From Centroscyllium fabricii (Eukaryota), in contig JBNRSN020000018.1 in NCBI GenBank assembly GCA_051313645.2, forward strand, positions 18,538,001 to 18,602,000: 64,000 nt of DNA. Reading direction: 5' to 3'. Each line of letters begins with the position of its first letter. The first letter of the stretch is position 1. The notes beneath the pieces are model-generated. The model ran no database searches. It saw nothing but the letters and a program-made list of their open reading frames with translations, and was not told where the DNA came from. Positions 25,175 to 37,820 of the stretch are shown one piece after another. A program made the position numbers and the translations under genes.

Positions 25175-26476
25175 GTAAGTAAGACTGTGAGGCGTCGTCG
25201 GTGGCTTTAAACATTCCCCCCACCCCGGGGGGGTGCATTCGCAGCTCGACAGATATTTATCCACATTTCAGAGAGGGAAACAACCCCCATAAGTGAAGTG
25301 AAATTAGATCTGATCAGACTGCCTTTATTTCGAATTTTGCTTTAAAAACTTTCCTGGAGGTTGGGGTGGGGGGGGGGGGGGGGGGAGTGCAAGCTAACTT
25401 ATATGGAACTTTTTTTTAAAAAAATGCCTTTTAAACTGTGTTCCAAGAAGGCAACGTTTTATTACTAACCAGGGAACAAAAGAAATTGCTTCCTCTTGCA
25501 ATTTCTGGTCTGAAATTGACATATTGTTCGAGACCTTGGACACTTGGGCCCTTTACTGCAAGCACTTCCCGGATGTACTAGGGAGGTGCTGTTTGGTGTG
25601 TCTCGAAACTATTAATTTTTTTTTAAAAACATTCATTTACGATGTCAATTGAAACCAGGTTTTCTAATCCGTTAGGGATTATTACATTCACCGCTGCCTG
25701 TCGCAAAGTTTGACATTTCAAAGCTTGACTGGACACTTGGTACATAACGCTCTCATTTTTTTTTTGTTGTGTGACCATTAGCAGCGTGGGCGTTCATTTT
25801 GTAACCTGTTGAATGCCTTTAAAAGCTGTCATTGGCGGTGCTTGTCCGTGACAGGTTTAGTGGCTGGCGGAGAAAGCTATATATATATTTGATCAACTGA
25901 AAGTACCTTTGTGGCCTTTGCATTTCCCCCTACCGCTTAGCGTTTATGTGGCACACGCACCGTAAAAGCAATTCTTACTTTTATCTACAAAAAAAACCCA
26001 CGTTAAATTTGTATCTAAAAAGATGTATCTGGATTGCCGTTGTAGGTTCCACCCTGCACGGTCCTTCCCATTAGTCTAACACACCATATCGACCGCAGTA
26101 CACATTATGCATAAAGAATGATATGTGGAGGGAATTGAATACTGTCCAACAAGCGTTTAATATTGTCCGAAAGGCAGAAAAAAAAACGCCTCTTAGCGTC
26201 AGCACATTATCCTTGATGAAAGTTTGGGAATATGGATAAAGATGAGCATAAACAATTAAAACAGGCAGCACCACTACCAAAAGGGGTTCATTTTAAGGTA
26301 AAAACTGAGTATCAGACTGCGAGTCTTAAGAATTTATATGATTTGAAATTTAAAAAAGTTTTACTGAGACTGGCATTGAGGCATCCATGTCAAGTACACT
26401 TGAAATACATTTCAGTAGGGATTTTGATGATGTGCTATGTTGTATACTGATCCACACCTTTATTTTGTCATTCTAG

Positions 26477-27016
26477 GGAGTCAGGTTTGCCGCCCTCCTC
26501 TGCTTCATGGCTCTCTGTCCTGGCTTGATGGAGGTAAAACCCTTACCTCTCATCACAATGCTTCTCCTTGGAATCTGAGTGCATTCAGCAAGGCTCCACT
26601 CCACCACAGCTCCCCGGGAGCGCTTTCCGTCTACCCTCCGTCCTCATCGGCATCCCTCTCGGCGGGACACTCCAGCCCTCACCTGTTCACTTTTCCCCCA
26701 ACCCCTCCCAAGGATGTCTCCCCAGACCCTACCATCTCCGCCTCTGGGCCCAGCAGCTCCAGCCGCCTGGAGGACAAGGAGTGCATCAAGTACCAGGTGT
26801 CCCTGGCTGAGGGCATGAAGTTGGAGACAGGATCCTCTCACCCCAGAAGCAGCATGTCATTAGGAGGGTGCTCCTCCTCAGCCCATCACCCTCTGGCCTC
26901 TTACCCACCTTATGTCCCTGAATACAGCTCCAGCCTCTTCCCATCTGGCAGCCTGCTAGGAGGATCTGCCCCAGGCTTTCCTTCCAAAGCAAGACCAAAA
27001 GCTCGTTCCAGCACAG
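26477..27016 (+). CDS. GATA3: GATA3 coding exon 2
   Basis: Acceptor TTCTAG| at 26471-26476; reads [21 protein letters not shown]...[17 protein letters not shown]...RPKARSST; donor G|GTAAGC at 27017; 540 nt, phases consistent. Confidence 0.96.
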
Positions 27017-29700
27017 GTAAGCATCACTCCATTCCTTACTAAACAAGGCATCGGGCACCAACCATGGTGTTGCTCACTGAAGCACCTGGAGGCACTGTGA
27101 AATCAAGGTTACTGTATGAAATTGATAATCTTACCTGTATATTTATCATCTAGATATCAGAAAGTAGACGCCCTTAGTCGGAATTCTGAAAGGAATTGTG
27201 AACTCGTCACAGCTCTTTGGGATAAACAAGTGTGTACCAGTGCACAAATAAACAGAATGCAATACTTTAGAAAGATTTACATTAAATAAGTAATTAAGAC
27301 ATTCTAGTCTGTATCCAATTTATTCAAGCAGTGCCTGCCATATACGCCACATTGAGTGCCATAAATGTCCAGATCGAACTTACTTTTGCATTAAACCCCA
27401 CTGTGAATTCTTTTTGAATTCAAATTGGTAATAAGTAAAACACATGTACTCACCAATAGGGGTTAGTGTTGGCTTATAATTAGAACTGAAGAACTGGGGC
27501 ATATTTGCAGTAATACATGCATCCTGTGATTATATCACGATTAGTAATACCGCTTGGAAAGGGACTTACATGGTTGAATTTGACGAGATGTCAAATCCTA
27601 ACACCCCACCCCTCCAAACACACATACACACAAACTGTAGCTGATGGGTGTACTTCAAAAGTACTTCATTGGCTGTCAAGTGCTTTGGGACATCCTGAGG
27701 TGGTGAACGGGCGCTATAGAAATGCAAGGCTTTTTCTATGTAAAAATACTAAACTAAACTCTATTGCAAAGCACTACAGTAATACGAAATGACAGCAAAC
27801 CTATCTTATATTGACACAGACTTCAAACCTAAACACTGGAAATAACCTATCTTGTCTTAATATCAAACCACCCCTCCCATTTCCTCCTTGAGCGCCACAG
27901 GTACAGTATAGTTCAGAGGTTGCTTATCAACCGTGGTAGTAGTTTAGATGTCAGTTTGATCCTACAACAACCTGAAGACCACGAAACAGAGGGAAACAGC
28001 AATTGTCTTTCCCATTAAACGTTGCACTTGGCAATGTAAAACTATACCCGGAGATTTGTAATCGCTGTTATTGTTGCATCTGAACTCAATTTAATCTAGT
28101 GCATGTTTCCCGATGAGAGCGATCCGACGAGTCTGATCCGATTTTTGGAGCTGTGTCGGCGGAGCGGTTAATAGGACTGGGACAAGCAGACTGGCCCTTT
28201 TCGGGTTTCTGTGTTTTAGTTAATCCAATTATTTTCAGACTGATGCACGCGACAGTTACATTGTTTATCCAGCGCCGTGAACTTTAATAGGTTCCGGATG
28301 CGGCAAGACACAGGCCAAACTGCAGAGCAGCCCAGAGAGAGAGAGAGACAGAGAGAGAAGAGGGGGTTGTACAGCTTCACAAGTTGTGCATGCTATCGGT
28401 GACTCAGTAAAGCCAGCGAGCCCGAGATTAGCTAGTCGGCAACATTGATCTAATTAATGCAAGTATTAATCATTGACAGTGTAGTAAACACAAGCATACA
28501 CATTTATTATCAACCGCCAATAAATACATTCCTTCATTAAGACCTCAATTTTATATATTAAGTAATTACAGGTTAGGTAATGGGTAAAGACAATCCACAA
28601 AATAACAGGGAAGTGGTTTCTCCGCTCAGCAATATTTATTTTGCAGTTATTTCTCTCATAAATGTGTCTGATTATGAATTTTTGTTGTTGCATTTTTTGT
28701 ATTTGCGTCTATATGTTGCGTGAATGGCGCTTCCAAAATATTCCGCCACAGTTATATTGTACATGTTGGTGGGATTACTGTGAGATTAATAGCTATTTGT
28801 GCGGCAGATCAGGTCCTAGGGCTAATTTATTGAAAATGACTTGCATCAGCTGGATTTCTACAAAGCTGTTCTTGTAGTGTTGCATGTGGCAGCAGACTAG
28901 GCGTAAGTTGATACACGCTAGGAGTGGGGGGGGGGGAGTTTAAAAATAGGTCATTTTTTTTTGTCGCTCTGCTGTGATGGTTTTTTTTTTTGACACACTT
29001 TATTTATGAGACTTTTTAATGCATAAGTTAGGTATTTGCGGTTTGGAAAAGCCCGAACCGACAGGAGGTTTGGCGCAACGCTATCCTCGCTTCCCCCCCC
29101 CCCCCTTTTTTTTCCATGTTAAAATTAAGAATGGATACCGGCCATTTAACGACGAAATATTTGGGAACCTGTTCTGGTTGAGAGGACGGGTGCCTTGCCC
29201 TCGAGTGTTGTTCGCCTCTATAGCGAGCATGTCAAACTGCAACTTTTGGAGAAAAAAAAAACGGTAGCTTTGTGGTTAGCGTGCGGATGCCTCCTCTCAA
29301 CTTATTTATTTCAATACTCTGTGCTAGCAGGCTCTTTAAAGATTCACCGCAATTTTGAGGAGCGACCAGGCTCGAACCGAAACAGTGAATTAGGGGGGCG
29401 GGTAGTTGAGGAGGGGGGCAAAAAGTGATTACAACTTCGAAGTTAAAGGTGGTAGGTAGTGCAGAGGGGGGAAAAATTGAAAGGGTGAACACATTCTGTA
29501 GTTGTGATGTTACCAGCTAACTATTAGTTTAATTCTTGCGGTTGTCACCGCGTACACTGCGCCAAACTGAACATACAAGTGTTGCCACACGAGACAATGG
29601 GACGTATTAGTTTCATTATCTCTCACCCCCTTCAAAAAATACACCTCTCCAGCATCAGGGCTGCTGCACTCCCCTTTCCAGCTCACTTTATTTTCAGTTG

Positions 29701-29871
29701 TGATGTGGAGGTGCCGCTGTTGGACTGGGGTGGACAATTGTAAGAAGTCACACAACACCAGGTTATAGTCCAACAGTTTGATTTGAAATCACAAGCTTTC
29801 GGACCGAAAGCTTATGATTTCAAATCAAACTGTTGGACTATAACCTGGTGTTGTGTGACTTCTTACAATTG
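29701..29871. mobile_element. Penelope-like palindromic insertion (family A)
   Basis: Inverted arms centred on TTTCGGACCGAAA near 29803. Confidence 0.75.
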
Positions 29872-31276
29872 TCAGCTGGAGACAGTGTTTATTGATAGTC
29901 CCTAAACCGGCGACTTCTTGGCTTGTTTTTTTGTGACGTTCTGCTCAGTCGACCTCTGAGCTGGGGGGCCGAATTTTTGGATTTGTGAAACTGATATTAC
30001 TTTGAGTTTGAAGACAGCACGGGCTCCGAATCAGTCAGGATTGATCACAATACCCCTCTCCCACCCCACCCCCCCTTTTTTTTATTGTTTATTAAAAAAT
30101 CTAATGCACAAAAGTCCCTTTTAATGTGTGAGTCTTCTTCAGACTGGCATACAGAATAAATGAGCAATGCATTGACCCTTCCCCTTCTGTTTTTTCAGGG
30201 GATCGCGAAAAAATACTTCGTGACTGTAAATTGCACCATATGGAAGTTGACCGATCAAGCTGTAGTGAACTGGGGATATGTGCATTCGACATTTTAATAG
30301 GTGTGCAACTTTATGTAGGTCAGGACATTGTCCAGTATGTGGCATATGATTGTCAAAAAAAAGATGTCAACTGTGAACAGCTAGGAGTGCTCACGTAGTC
30401 ATTACCAATAGATGATGTGTATTTGTTTTGCTCTACTGATGGAGACAGCCAGCCTTAGCACAGTTGACACTTTTGCATCTAGAAATTAAAATTTTTGTAG
30501 TGTCCATGGCAATTTAATTGAAAACTGTAAAATGTACAATTATCCATTGTTTTAAGTTTGTGTATGTGTGTGTGTGTGTATGTATGTGCATCAGTCATAT
30601 TTTAAAGTTATTTATCAATCTGTTTACGCTGCCAGTATACAGCAGGCTGACTCTTGTGGAGCTGATCCGAAGTTGGCAAATATATAAATGGGAAATAGTC
30701 TTTCTAAAACTTTTTTTTTTTGTCCATTTATGTGAACCCACCAGTGCATGTAAATGACTCGTTTCGTTATCTGTTGGCCCTCCAATAAACATCGACCATT
30801 AAAGTTTCGTAATAACCTTTGGCTGGCGTTTACAAATAGCTTTAACAAGATATCCTAACCTCCAAGTTAAAGACTGCACTCAGCCTAATGCAATTGTGTT
30901 CCCACCGCACCGCAAATATTTTCCTAAAAAGTGAGTTAGCACACACTTGATCGTACGTCGATGTCCTCTGTGGCGCCATGCACATTATGTAGAAATTAAA
31001 TAAAGGATCATTTTAAAGAGCACTGAAATGCACTAACCATCATAAGTAATGCTAAAGCATTTTCACATGTACTTTTACAATGTGATGTACTGAAAGATAA
31101 ACGAAAGCAAAGGGCCCTGCAAAAATATAAAGGAAAAACAACTGTGTGATTCTGCCTGTGTAGCAGAAGCACATTATATATGAGCAAAATGTGCCAAAGC
31201 ATTCTAGCTACCTCAGCCTGGGTTACAGAGGTACCTTTGAGAGTGGACGATTCCACACTTGGCTTCCAATATTATA

Positions 31277-31510
31277 CGATGTGGAGGTGCCGGTGTTGGA
31301 CTGAGGTGGATAAATGCAAGAAGTCACACAACACCAGGTTATAGTCCAACAGTTTTATTTGAAATCACAAGCTTTCGGAGCGCAGCTCCTTCCTCAGGTG
31401 AAGTGACCAGGTCACTTCACCTGAGGAAGGAGCTGCGCTCCGAAAGCTTGTGATTTCAAATAAAACTGTTGGACTATAACCTGGTGTTGTGTGACTTCTT
31501 ACATTTGTCC
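31277..31510. mobile_element. Penelope-like palindrome with two back-to-back hammerhead motifs
   Basis: Centre GTGACCAGGTCAC at 31403-31415; motif on - strand 31365-31402 and on + strand 31417-31453; TCCAATATTATA duplicated at the flanks. Confidence 0.8.
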
Positions 31511-32013
31511 AATATTATAACACAACCTTTAATGTTTTACAACTCTAATCCTCAAAATCGGTCATTATGCCTACCCAACTGCATCCATTTGTACAGTCCA
31601 TATTTGTGAAGTAAAACATATCTGCATTGCAGGCAGGCCTGTAGACAGGTCCAATAGTAATTCTACCCACACTATCTATAAATACATACAGTCAACGGTA
31701 CATTCAGATATAGTACTCAGGCAATTGTTGACGTTGTTTAACTGGGGTGTACATACCTAGCTCTACTAATATAGACAATATTCCTGCATGGAAATAAATA
31801 ATCAGGCTTGGTTTCCGAATGCAGCCACTTGGGTCTCTGCACGTACACTGTAAGGCAGTGTTGTCCACTCGAAATTGTTGTCCAGGTGCAGGTCTGGCTA
31901 TGGAGACACCATCGCCACACGTACTAATTTTATTAGTTTTATTAAATGTAATTAATTTTATTAGGGGGATCAGATTTCTCTCTCCCTTCCATATGTGCGT
32001 TCTTTAAATCAAC

Positions 32014-32150
32014 CTCTCTTTCACCTGACGAAGGGGCAGACGCTCCGAAAGCTTGTGATTTCAAATAAAACTGTTGGGACTATAACCTGGTGTTGTGTGA
32101 CTTCTTGCAATTGTCCACCCCAGTCCAACACCTACCGGCACCTCCACATC
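32014..32150 (+). mobile_element. Penelope-like terminal repeat (family A), single arm
   Basis: Family body with an intact motif at 32021-32058. Confidence 0.75.
32021..32058 (+). ncRNA. Minimal type I hammerhead ribozyme motif, sense to GATA3 pre-mRNA
   Basis: TCAC-CTGACGA-A-GGGGC-AGAC-GCTCC-GAAA-GC-TT-GTGA. Confidence 0.6.
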
Positions 32151-32632
32151 GTAATTTTATTAGAAAACACCTTAATGCACTCACACAATACAAGTGATTG
32201 CACCTCCACATGTGTGTGTTTACTTAACAAGAATCTGCCACCATTCAGTAACCAAGGAAGTAAAGCACTCACAAGGGTGAAAAAAGAAACACATTTGCTT
32301 TCAAGTCTTTTAACCAACAAACGCTCAGAAAGGTTAACGCACACAGGCAGGGGATGAGTATTGAGATCACATGGCCAAGAACGCTGTCTATTATGCACGT
32401 TTTTGGTTGCTAATCAGAAAGGCAATTAGCCACTTCTAGATTTCCAATCAGCCACATGTGGCTAAGTGGTTAATGCATTTTTTTTTTGGAGAGCACTCGC
32501 TGCAACACGGCACCGGTGCAGCGAGTGCAGCAATGCATGGGCCCGGCTTGCACGTGGAATGATTCACCTCCTGAAGGGGTGGCGCGTTGAGGGTGTCTGG
32601 AAGTGACTGACTGGCTTGTGATTTTGTTTCAG

Positions 32633-32778
32633 AAGGTCGAGAATGCGTGAACTGTGGAGCCACCTCGACCCCCCTGTGGAGGAGAGACGGCACAGGCCAC
32701 TATCTGTGCAATGCTTGCGGTCTGTATCACAAAATGAACGGCCAGAACCGACCCCTCATCAAACCCAAGCGGAGATTG
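32633..32778 (+). CDS. GATA3: GATA3 coding exon 3 (N-terminal GATA zinc finger)
   Basis: Acceptor TTTCAG|AAG; [49 protein letters not shown] (C-X2-C-X17-C-X2-C); donor |GTACGT at 32779; 146 nt. Confidence 0.97.
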
Positions 32779-33485
32779 GTACGTAGCAGGGGATCAAATG
32801 ATCAAACAGCAGGTTTTCATTTCCTGATCTGAGTAAGATTTTTTTTTTGGGGGGGTGGTGGGTTTGCGGAAATTGACACGACACCTCGAGTACTGCAACC
32901 AGTTCTTCAAATGTCTTGGAAGGAAAGGCGACTGCCGATCGACGCGGGTATTTCTAGTATTTTTCTGACACCCAGAAACGAGAAAGAACAATATAACACG
33001 TCTTGTTTTTTTTGAACGCATTCAACGCCTTTTTCATGGTCAGAAGCTGCAACTTCTCACCGAAGACATCGGAAGTTCAAATGGAAATTACATCGGTGTA
33101 AAATAATAATAATAATAATAATAATAAAGTCCATTTGAAATCTTAGCAAGCAATACGTTCCTTCAGTGACATTTTTAATCGCACTCTGACTTCCTGAATG
33201 GCTCACAGAAAATGTACTTGTTGGTTTTCCGTTGTCAGTGTTGGAGGTTGGCTATTTCTTTACGTCATTGAGTGGGACCCGGTTCGAACCCTTTTTACAT
33301 ATTGTACAACCCACTTTAGGCACGCCATGTCCTCCTTCCATTTTAAACCGATATAATGCAGTCTGTCTGAATGACCGACCCTTGTTTGCTTTTCACAAAC
33401 CAGCCCAAAACCCCATTTGACAGGCCTTCCCTTCCCCCCAGAGCCTCGTGGAAACGCTGCTGTCACCTCAGCCATCAATACCCGT

Positions 33486-34025
33486 TAAGAAGTCAAATGC
33501 AAGAAGTCACACAACAAACACCAGATTATAGTCCCAACGGTTTTATTTTAAATCACAAGCTTTCGGAGCTTCTGCTCCTTCCTCAGGTGAAAGAGACTGA
33601 CGTTAAGAAGTCACACAACAAACACCAGGTTATAGTCCCAACAGTTTTATTTGAAATCGCAAGCTTTCGGAGCGTTGCTGCTTGGCCAGGTGAAGTGGGG
33701 AGATGCTGTGTTTATTTACGTGCCTCTCTCTACTTCACCTGAGCAACGCTCCGAAAGCTTGTGATTTCAACTAAAACTGTTGGGACTATAACCTGGTGTT
33801 GCGTGTATTCTTGCATTTGTCCACCCCAGTCCAACACCGGCACCTCCCCATCATCAATATCTGTAAGAAGTCACACAACACCAGATTATAGTCCAACGGT
33901 TTTATTTTAAATCACAAGCTTTCGAAAGCTTGTGATTTAAAATAAAATTGTTGGACTATAATCTGGTGTTGTGTGACTTCTTGCATTTGTCCACCCCAGT
34001 CCAACACCGGCAGCTCCACATCATC
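33486..34025. mobile_element. Cluster of tandem and inverted Penelope-like family A arms
   Basis: At least five arms in mixed orientation; CATCAATA(C/T)C(C/T)GT recurs at about 33473, 33852 and 34022. Confidence 0.75.
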
Positions 34026-34034
34026 AATATCTGT

Positions 34035-34168
34035 GTCATCGACCTGAAACGTTAACTCTGTCTCTCTCTCTCTCTCTCTCTCCACCGATGCTGCCTGGCC
34101 TGCTGAGCCTCTCCAGCGTTTTGTGTTGTTGTTTGGGACTTTCCAGCATCCGCAGTATTTTGCTTTCG
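34035..34168 (+). mobile_element. Penelope-like terminal repeat (family B), partial
   Basis: GTCATCGACCTGAAACGTTAACTCTG...GATGCTGCCTGGCCTGCTGAG; same family as 62395 and 63040. Confidence 0.6.
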
Positions 34169-34639
34169 CGATATCTGTGAATCGTTCACCCTACAATTGG
34201 CGAGGGATATATCACCGGTAGCCTCTTTAGCCCCGTCTTCATTGGAACCTGGCTTATTCTGGCTTTTAATATGTCACTAGTTTGCCAGAGCCCTTGTTCA
34301 GACCGCCCTGCTGCCCCCTGGAAATAAAAAATAAATAAAGTTGATTATAATTTGTTGCGGATCAATCAGGGTGCATTTTCTGTTGTTGTATCAGTTGTAT
34401 TCCCTTGTCCAAACCATCCCGCTCCCAGGGCACTCCTTCATCCGCTTGTGAAAATGTTGAATCTAATGACTGACCCCCTAATGGAATTCCAATCTTTCAC
34501 AGCCTCGTTAGGATCGGAAAACTTTCGAGGGAGGGAAATGTTTGCAGTGCATTTATTTGGCAGCGGGTCTCCCCTTTCTTCCTGTTCTCCCCCCCACCCC
34601 CCACCCCCAGCCGCCTCCCCTACTCTCTAATGTAAAAAG

Positions 34640-34720
34640 CTGAACTTCCTTTGCAAAGGCGGCCGGATATCTGCCGGCTCCAGATAACTGCTTTCTACAA
34701 CAACATCGCTTCCCGACCTC
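34640..34720 (+). promoter_or_regulatory. Candidate intronic enhancer core (ETS + TATCTG-N8-AGATAA)
   Basis: ACTTCCT at 34644-34650; TATCTG 34668-34673, 8-bp spacer, AGATAA 34682-34687. Confidence 0.45.
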
Positions 34721-35195
34721 AAAACACACAACGGTGTTTGAACAAGAAATCGGGAGGAGGGAGTGGGAGTGTGTGTGGGAGGAGGAGGGGGGGGGGGGGG
34801 GGTGGAACGATTAAAGTTTGGTGTAGAGAGTTTCGGGTGACTGTCTAAACAGGATCAGCTCGCAGTCTATGTCATCAGGAGAAAACTATGTGTGCCACCC
34901 GATTAGTCCGGACTGTTCTCTGTACTCACAGGACAATAACACGTATTGAGAGTTATTCAATCCAGGAGTCGTTTGAATTGTGTCGATTTGTTTTTTTAAT
35001 TAAATTGGACCAGCGCACGTCCTAAAAAAAATATTTTCGCATTCTGTTCCTGGGAAAAGGAAACTGGGAATCGGCTAGCAGCACCGGGAAAATCAGGGCT
35101 TAAACTAACGAAACTTTATATTATAGCTGGACTCCTTGAGTATTAGAAATATACCAAGAATTTCAGCCCCATCCCAGGCTCGCTGTCCAAAGAGA

Positions 35196-35690
35196 CATAG
35201 AAACATAGAAGATAGGAGGAATAGGCCATTCGGCCCCTCGAGCCTGTTCCACCATTTAATGAGATCATGGCTGATCATCCAAACCCAGCACCCTGTCCCT
35301 GCCTTCTCCCCATATCCCTCGATCTCTATCGAGCCTGCTCCGCCATTCAATGAGATTATAACTGATCTTCCAGACCCAGCACCCTGTCCCTGCCTTCTCC
35401 CCATATCCCTCGATCTCTATCGAGCCTGCTCCGCCATTCAATGAGATTATAACTGATCTTCCAGACCCAGCACCCTGTCCCTGCCTTCTCCCCATATCCC
35501 TTGATCCCTATCGAGCCTGCTCCGCCATTCAATGAGATTATAACTGATCATCCAGACCCAGCACCCTGTCCCTGCCTTCTCCCCATATCCCTTGATCCCT
35601 ATCGAGCCTGCTCCGCCATTCAATGAGATTATAACTGATCTTCCAGACCCAGCACCCTGTCCCTGCCTTCTCCCCATATCCCTCGATCCC
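35196..35690 (-). repeat. Tandem 91-bp iterations of a CR1/SINE tail (5 units)
   Basis: GAGCCTG anchor at 35240, 35331, 35422, 35513 and 35604. Confidence 0.9.
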
Positions 35691-36785
35691 TTCAGACATC
35701 AACCATTCTCCTGCCTCAACGTATGCCTTTGTATTCCGTTAATAGAGCACAATTTTCTTTTGGAAGATGTTCTATACAATGAACTGCTTGCCAAAGAATT
35801 GAAGGATTTTTGTAGAATGTTTTTTTTATCCCGATTGGGATTGCAGGGCTATGGGAAGAGAGAGGGGGGGGGAGTGGGACTGACTGGATCGCTCTTCGAA
35901 AGAGCTGGCACAGACTCGATGGGCCGAATGGCCTCCTTGTGTGCTGTACTGTTCTATGATTCTGTAATTAACAAATTGATTCGGTTTAAACAAACAATTT
36001 AAGAGCCAATTTTTAAGCAAGGTTGACATTCTTGCATATATAAAAGAAAAAGCAAGCAAAACAAAATGTAGCATTTACAAATCTTAAGTTCAGTCCTTCC
36101 CCTGCAATTGTTTAATGATTTGTGGAACATTTGACAGGCTATGCTTTAATCAGTTTCTGTTCACTTGCCTGGCTGTTACTCATCCATTTTAGTTGGGGGG
36201 GGGGGGGGGTTGTAAGAGCATCAAAGTGACTACAGGTAACATTTGTGCTGATTTCATTTTCGATGGGTTTAGGCTTCAATGAACTCGATCTTTATCCGAC
36301 GATCTATTCACCATGTACAGTAGAGACAGCGGACGTACAGTCAATCATCGCTTGTGTCTGCATTCCCAAGACAGTTAAAAAAAAAAAGCCTCCTGTATAA
36401 TACATAAATTTTAGAAAAATAAAATTCAAAAGCACAGAAGGAAGTTGAATCTCTATAGCGCCTTTGATGACCTCAGGTAGTCCCAAAGCATTGACAGCCA
36501 ACCAAGTGCCTTTGTTGCAATGTAGAAAATGATTGGATTGGATTGGATTCGCTTTATTGTCATTACACAGTACAAGTAAAATGCAACGAAATTAGGTGTG
36601 TCCACATTGAGTTTAAAAAGGTCCTGCACCTTTGGGGGGGGGGGGGGGGGGGACATTCCAATGATCCAAAAGGACTGTGCATTAGATTTATAAAGTGGCG
36701 AGATGAAGCACAATATATTGATCTGCACTCAATCCTTGTGACTTTGCTTGAATAGACAGATTTTGTGCCTGGTCTTTTTTTTTAA

Positions 36786-37100
<315 letters not shown>

Positions 37101-37107
37101 TAATATA

Positions 37108-37235
37108 TGATGTGGAGGTGCCGGTGTTGGACTGGGGTGGACAAATGCAAGAAGTCACACAACACCAGGTTATAGTCCAACAGCTTTATTTGAAATCACA
37201 AGCTTTCGGAGCGTAGTTCCTCAGGTGAAGTGAAG
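37108..37235 (-). mobile_element. Penelope-like repeat (family A), possibly extending to ~37380
   Basis: Family body with a damaged motif (GGAGCGTAGTTCCTCAGGTGAA). Confidence 0.7.
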
Positions 37236-37676
37236 AGATGCATATAGGCACAGAATATATAGTCAGAGAACAATGCTAGATGATTACAGGTAATCTTTCC
37301 AACTGCCCTTTATCACACCTCGGCAGAGAGATAATCACCGCAATCAAAGGTGTAAATGGTGTCCAAACAGGTCAGTCAGCAAAACATTCCATCAAAGAAC
37401 AATGAGGTGGGGTCACAAGGGGTCACGTTAACATAGACCCTGCACAGGTACGACGGGCAGAACGGCCTCCTTCTGTGCCATGATTTAAAAAAGTTGTCAT
37501 TTTTAACAGGAAGGACTAGAGCGGATGGTTTGTGGATTAAAGATGGCTTAAAACAAATAGGCGCACCTCGCACGTATTCTGACTGCAGCTAACGTGTGAA
37601 ACTGATTCAAATTAGAATTGTTGAGATGAAACAATCAGCATAAACCGGCAATGAAGAGTTACTTGAAATATAACCA

Positions 37677-37820
37677 TGATGTGGAGGTGCCAGCGTTGGG
37701 CTGGGGAGGACAAATGCAAGAAGTCACACAGCACCAGGTTACAGCGGCGCTCCGAAAGCTTGTGATTTCTAATAAAGCTGTTGGACTACAACCTGGTGTT
37801 TGTGTGACTTCTTGCATTTC
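37677..37820. mobile_element. Degraded Penelope-like palindrome (family A)
   Basis: Inverted arms; AAATATA at both flanks. Confidence 0.65.
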
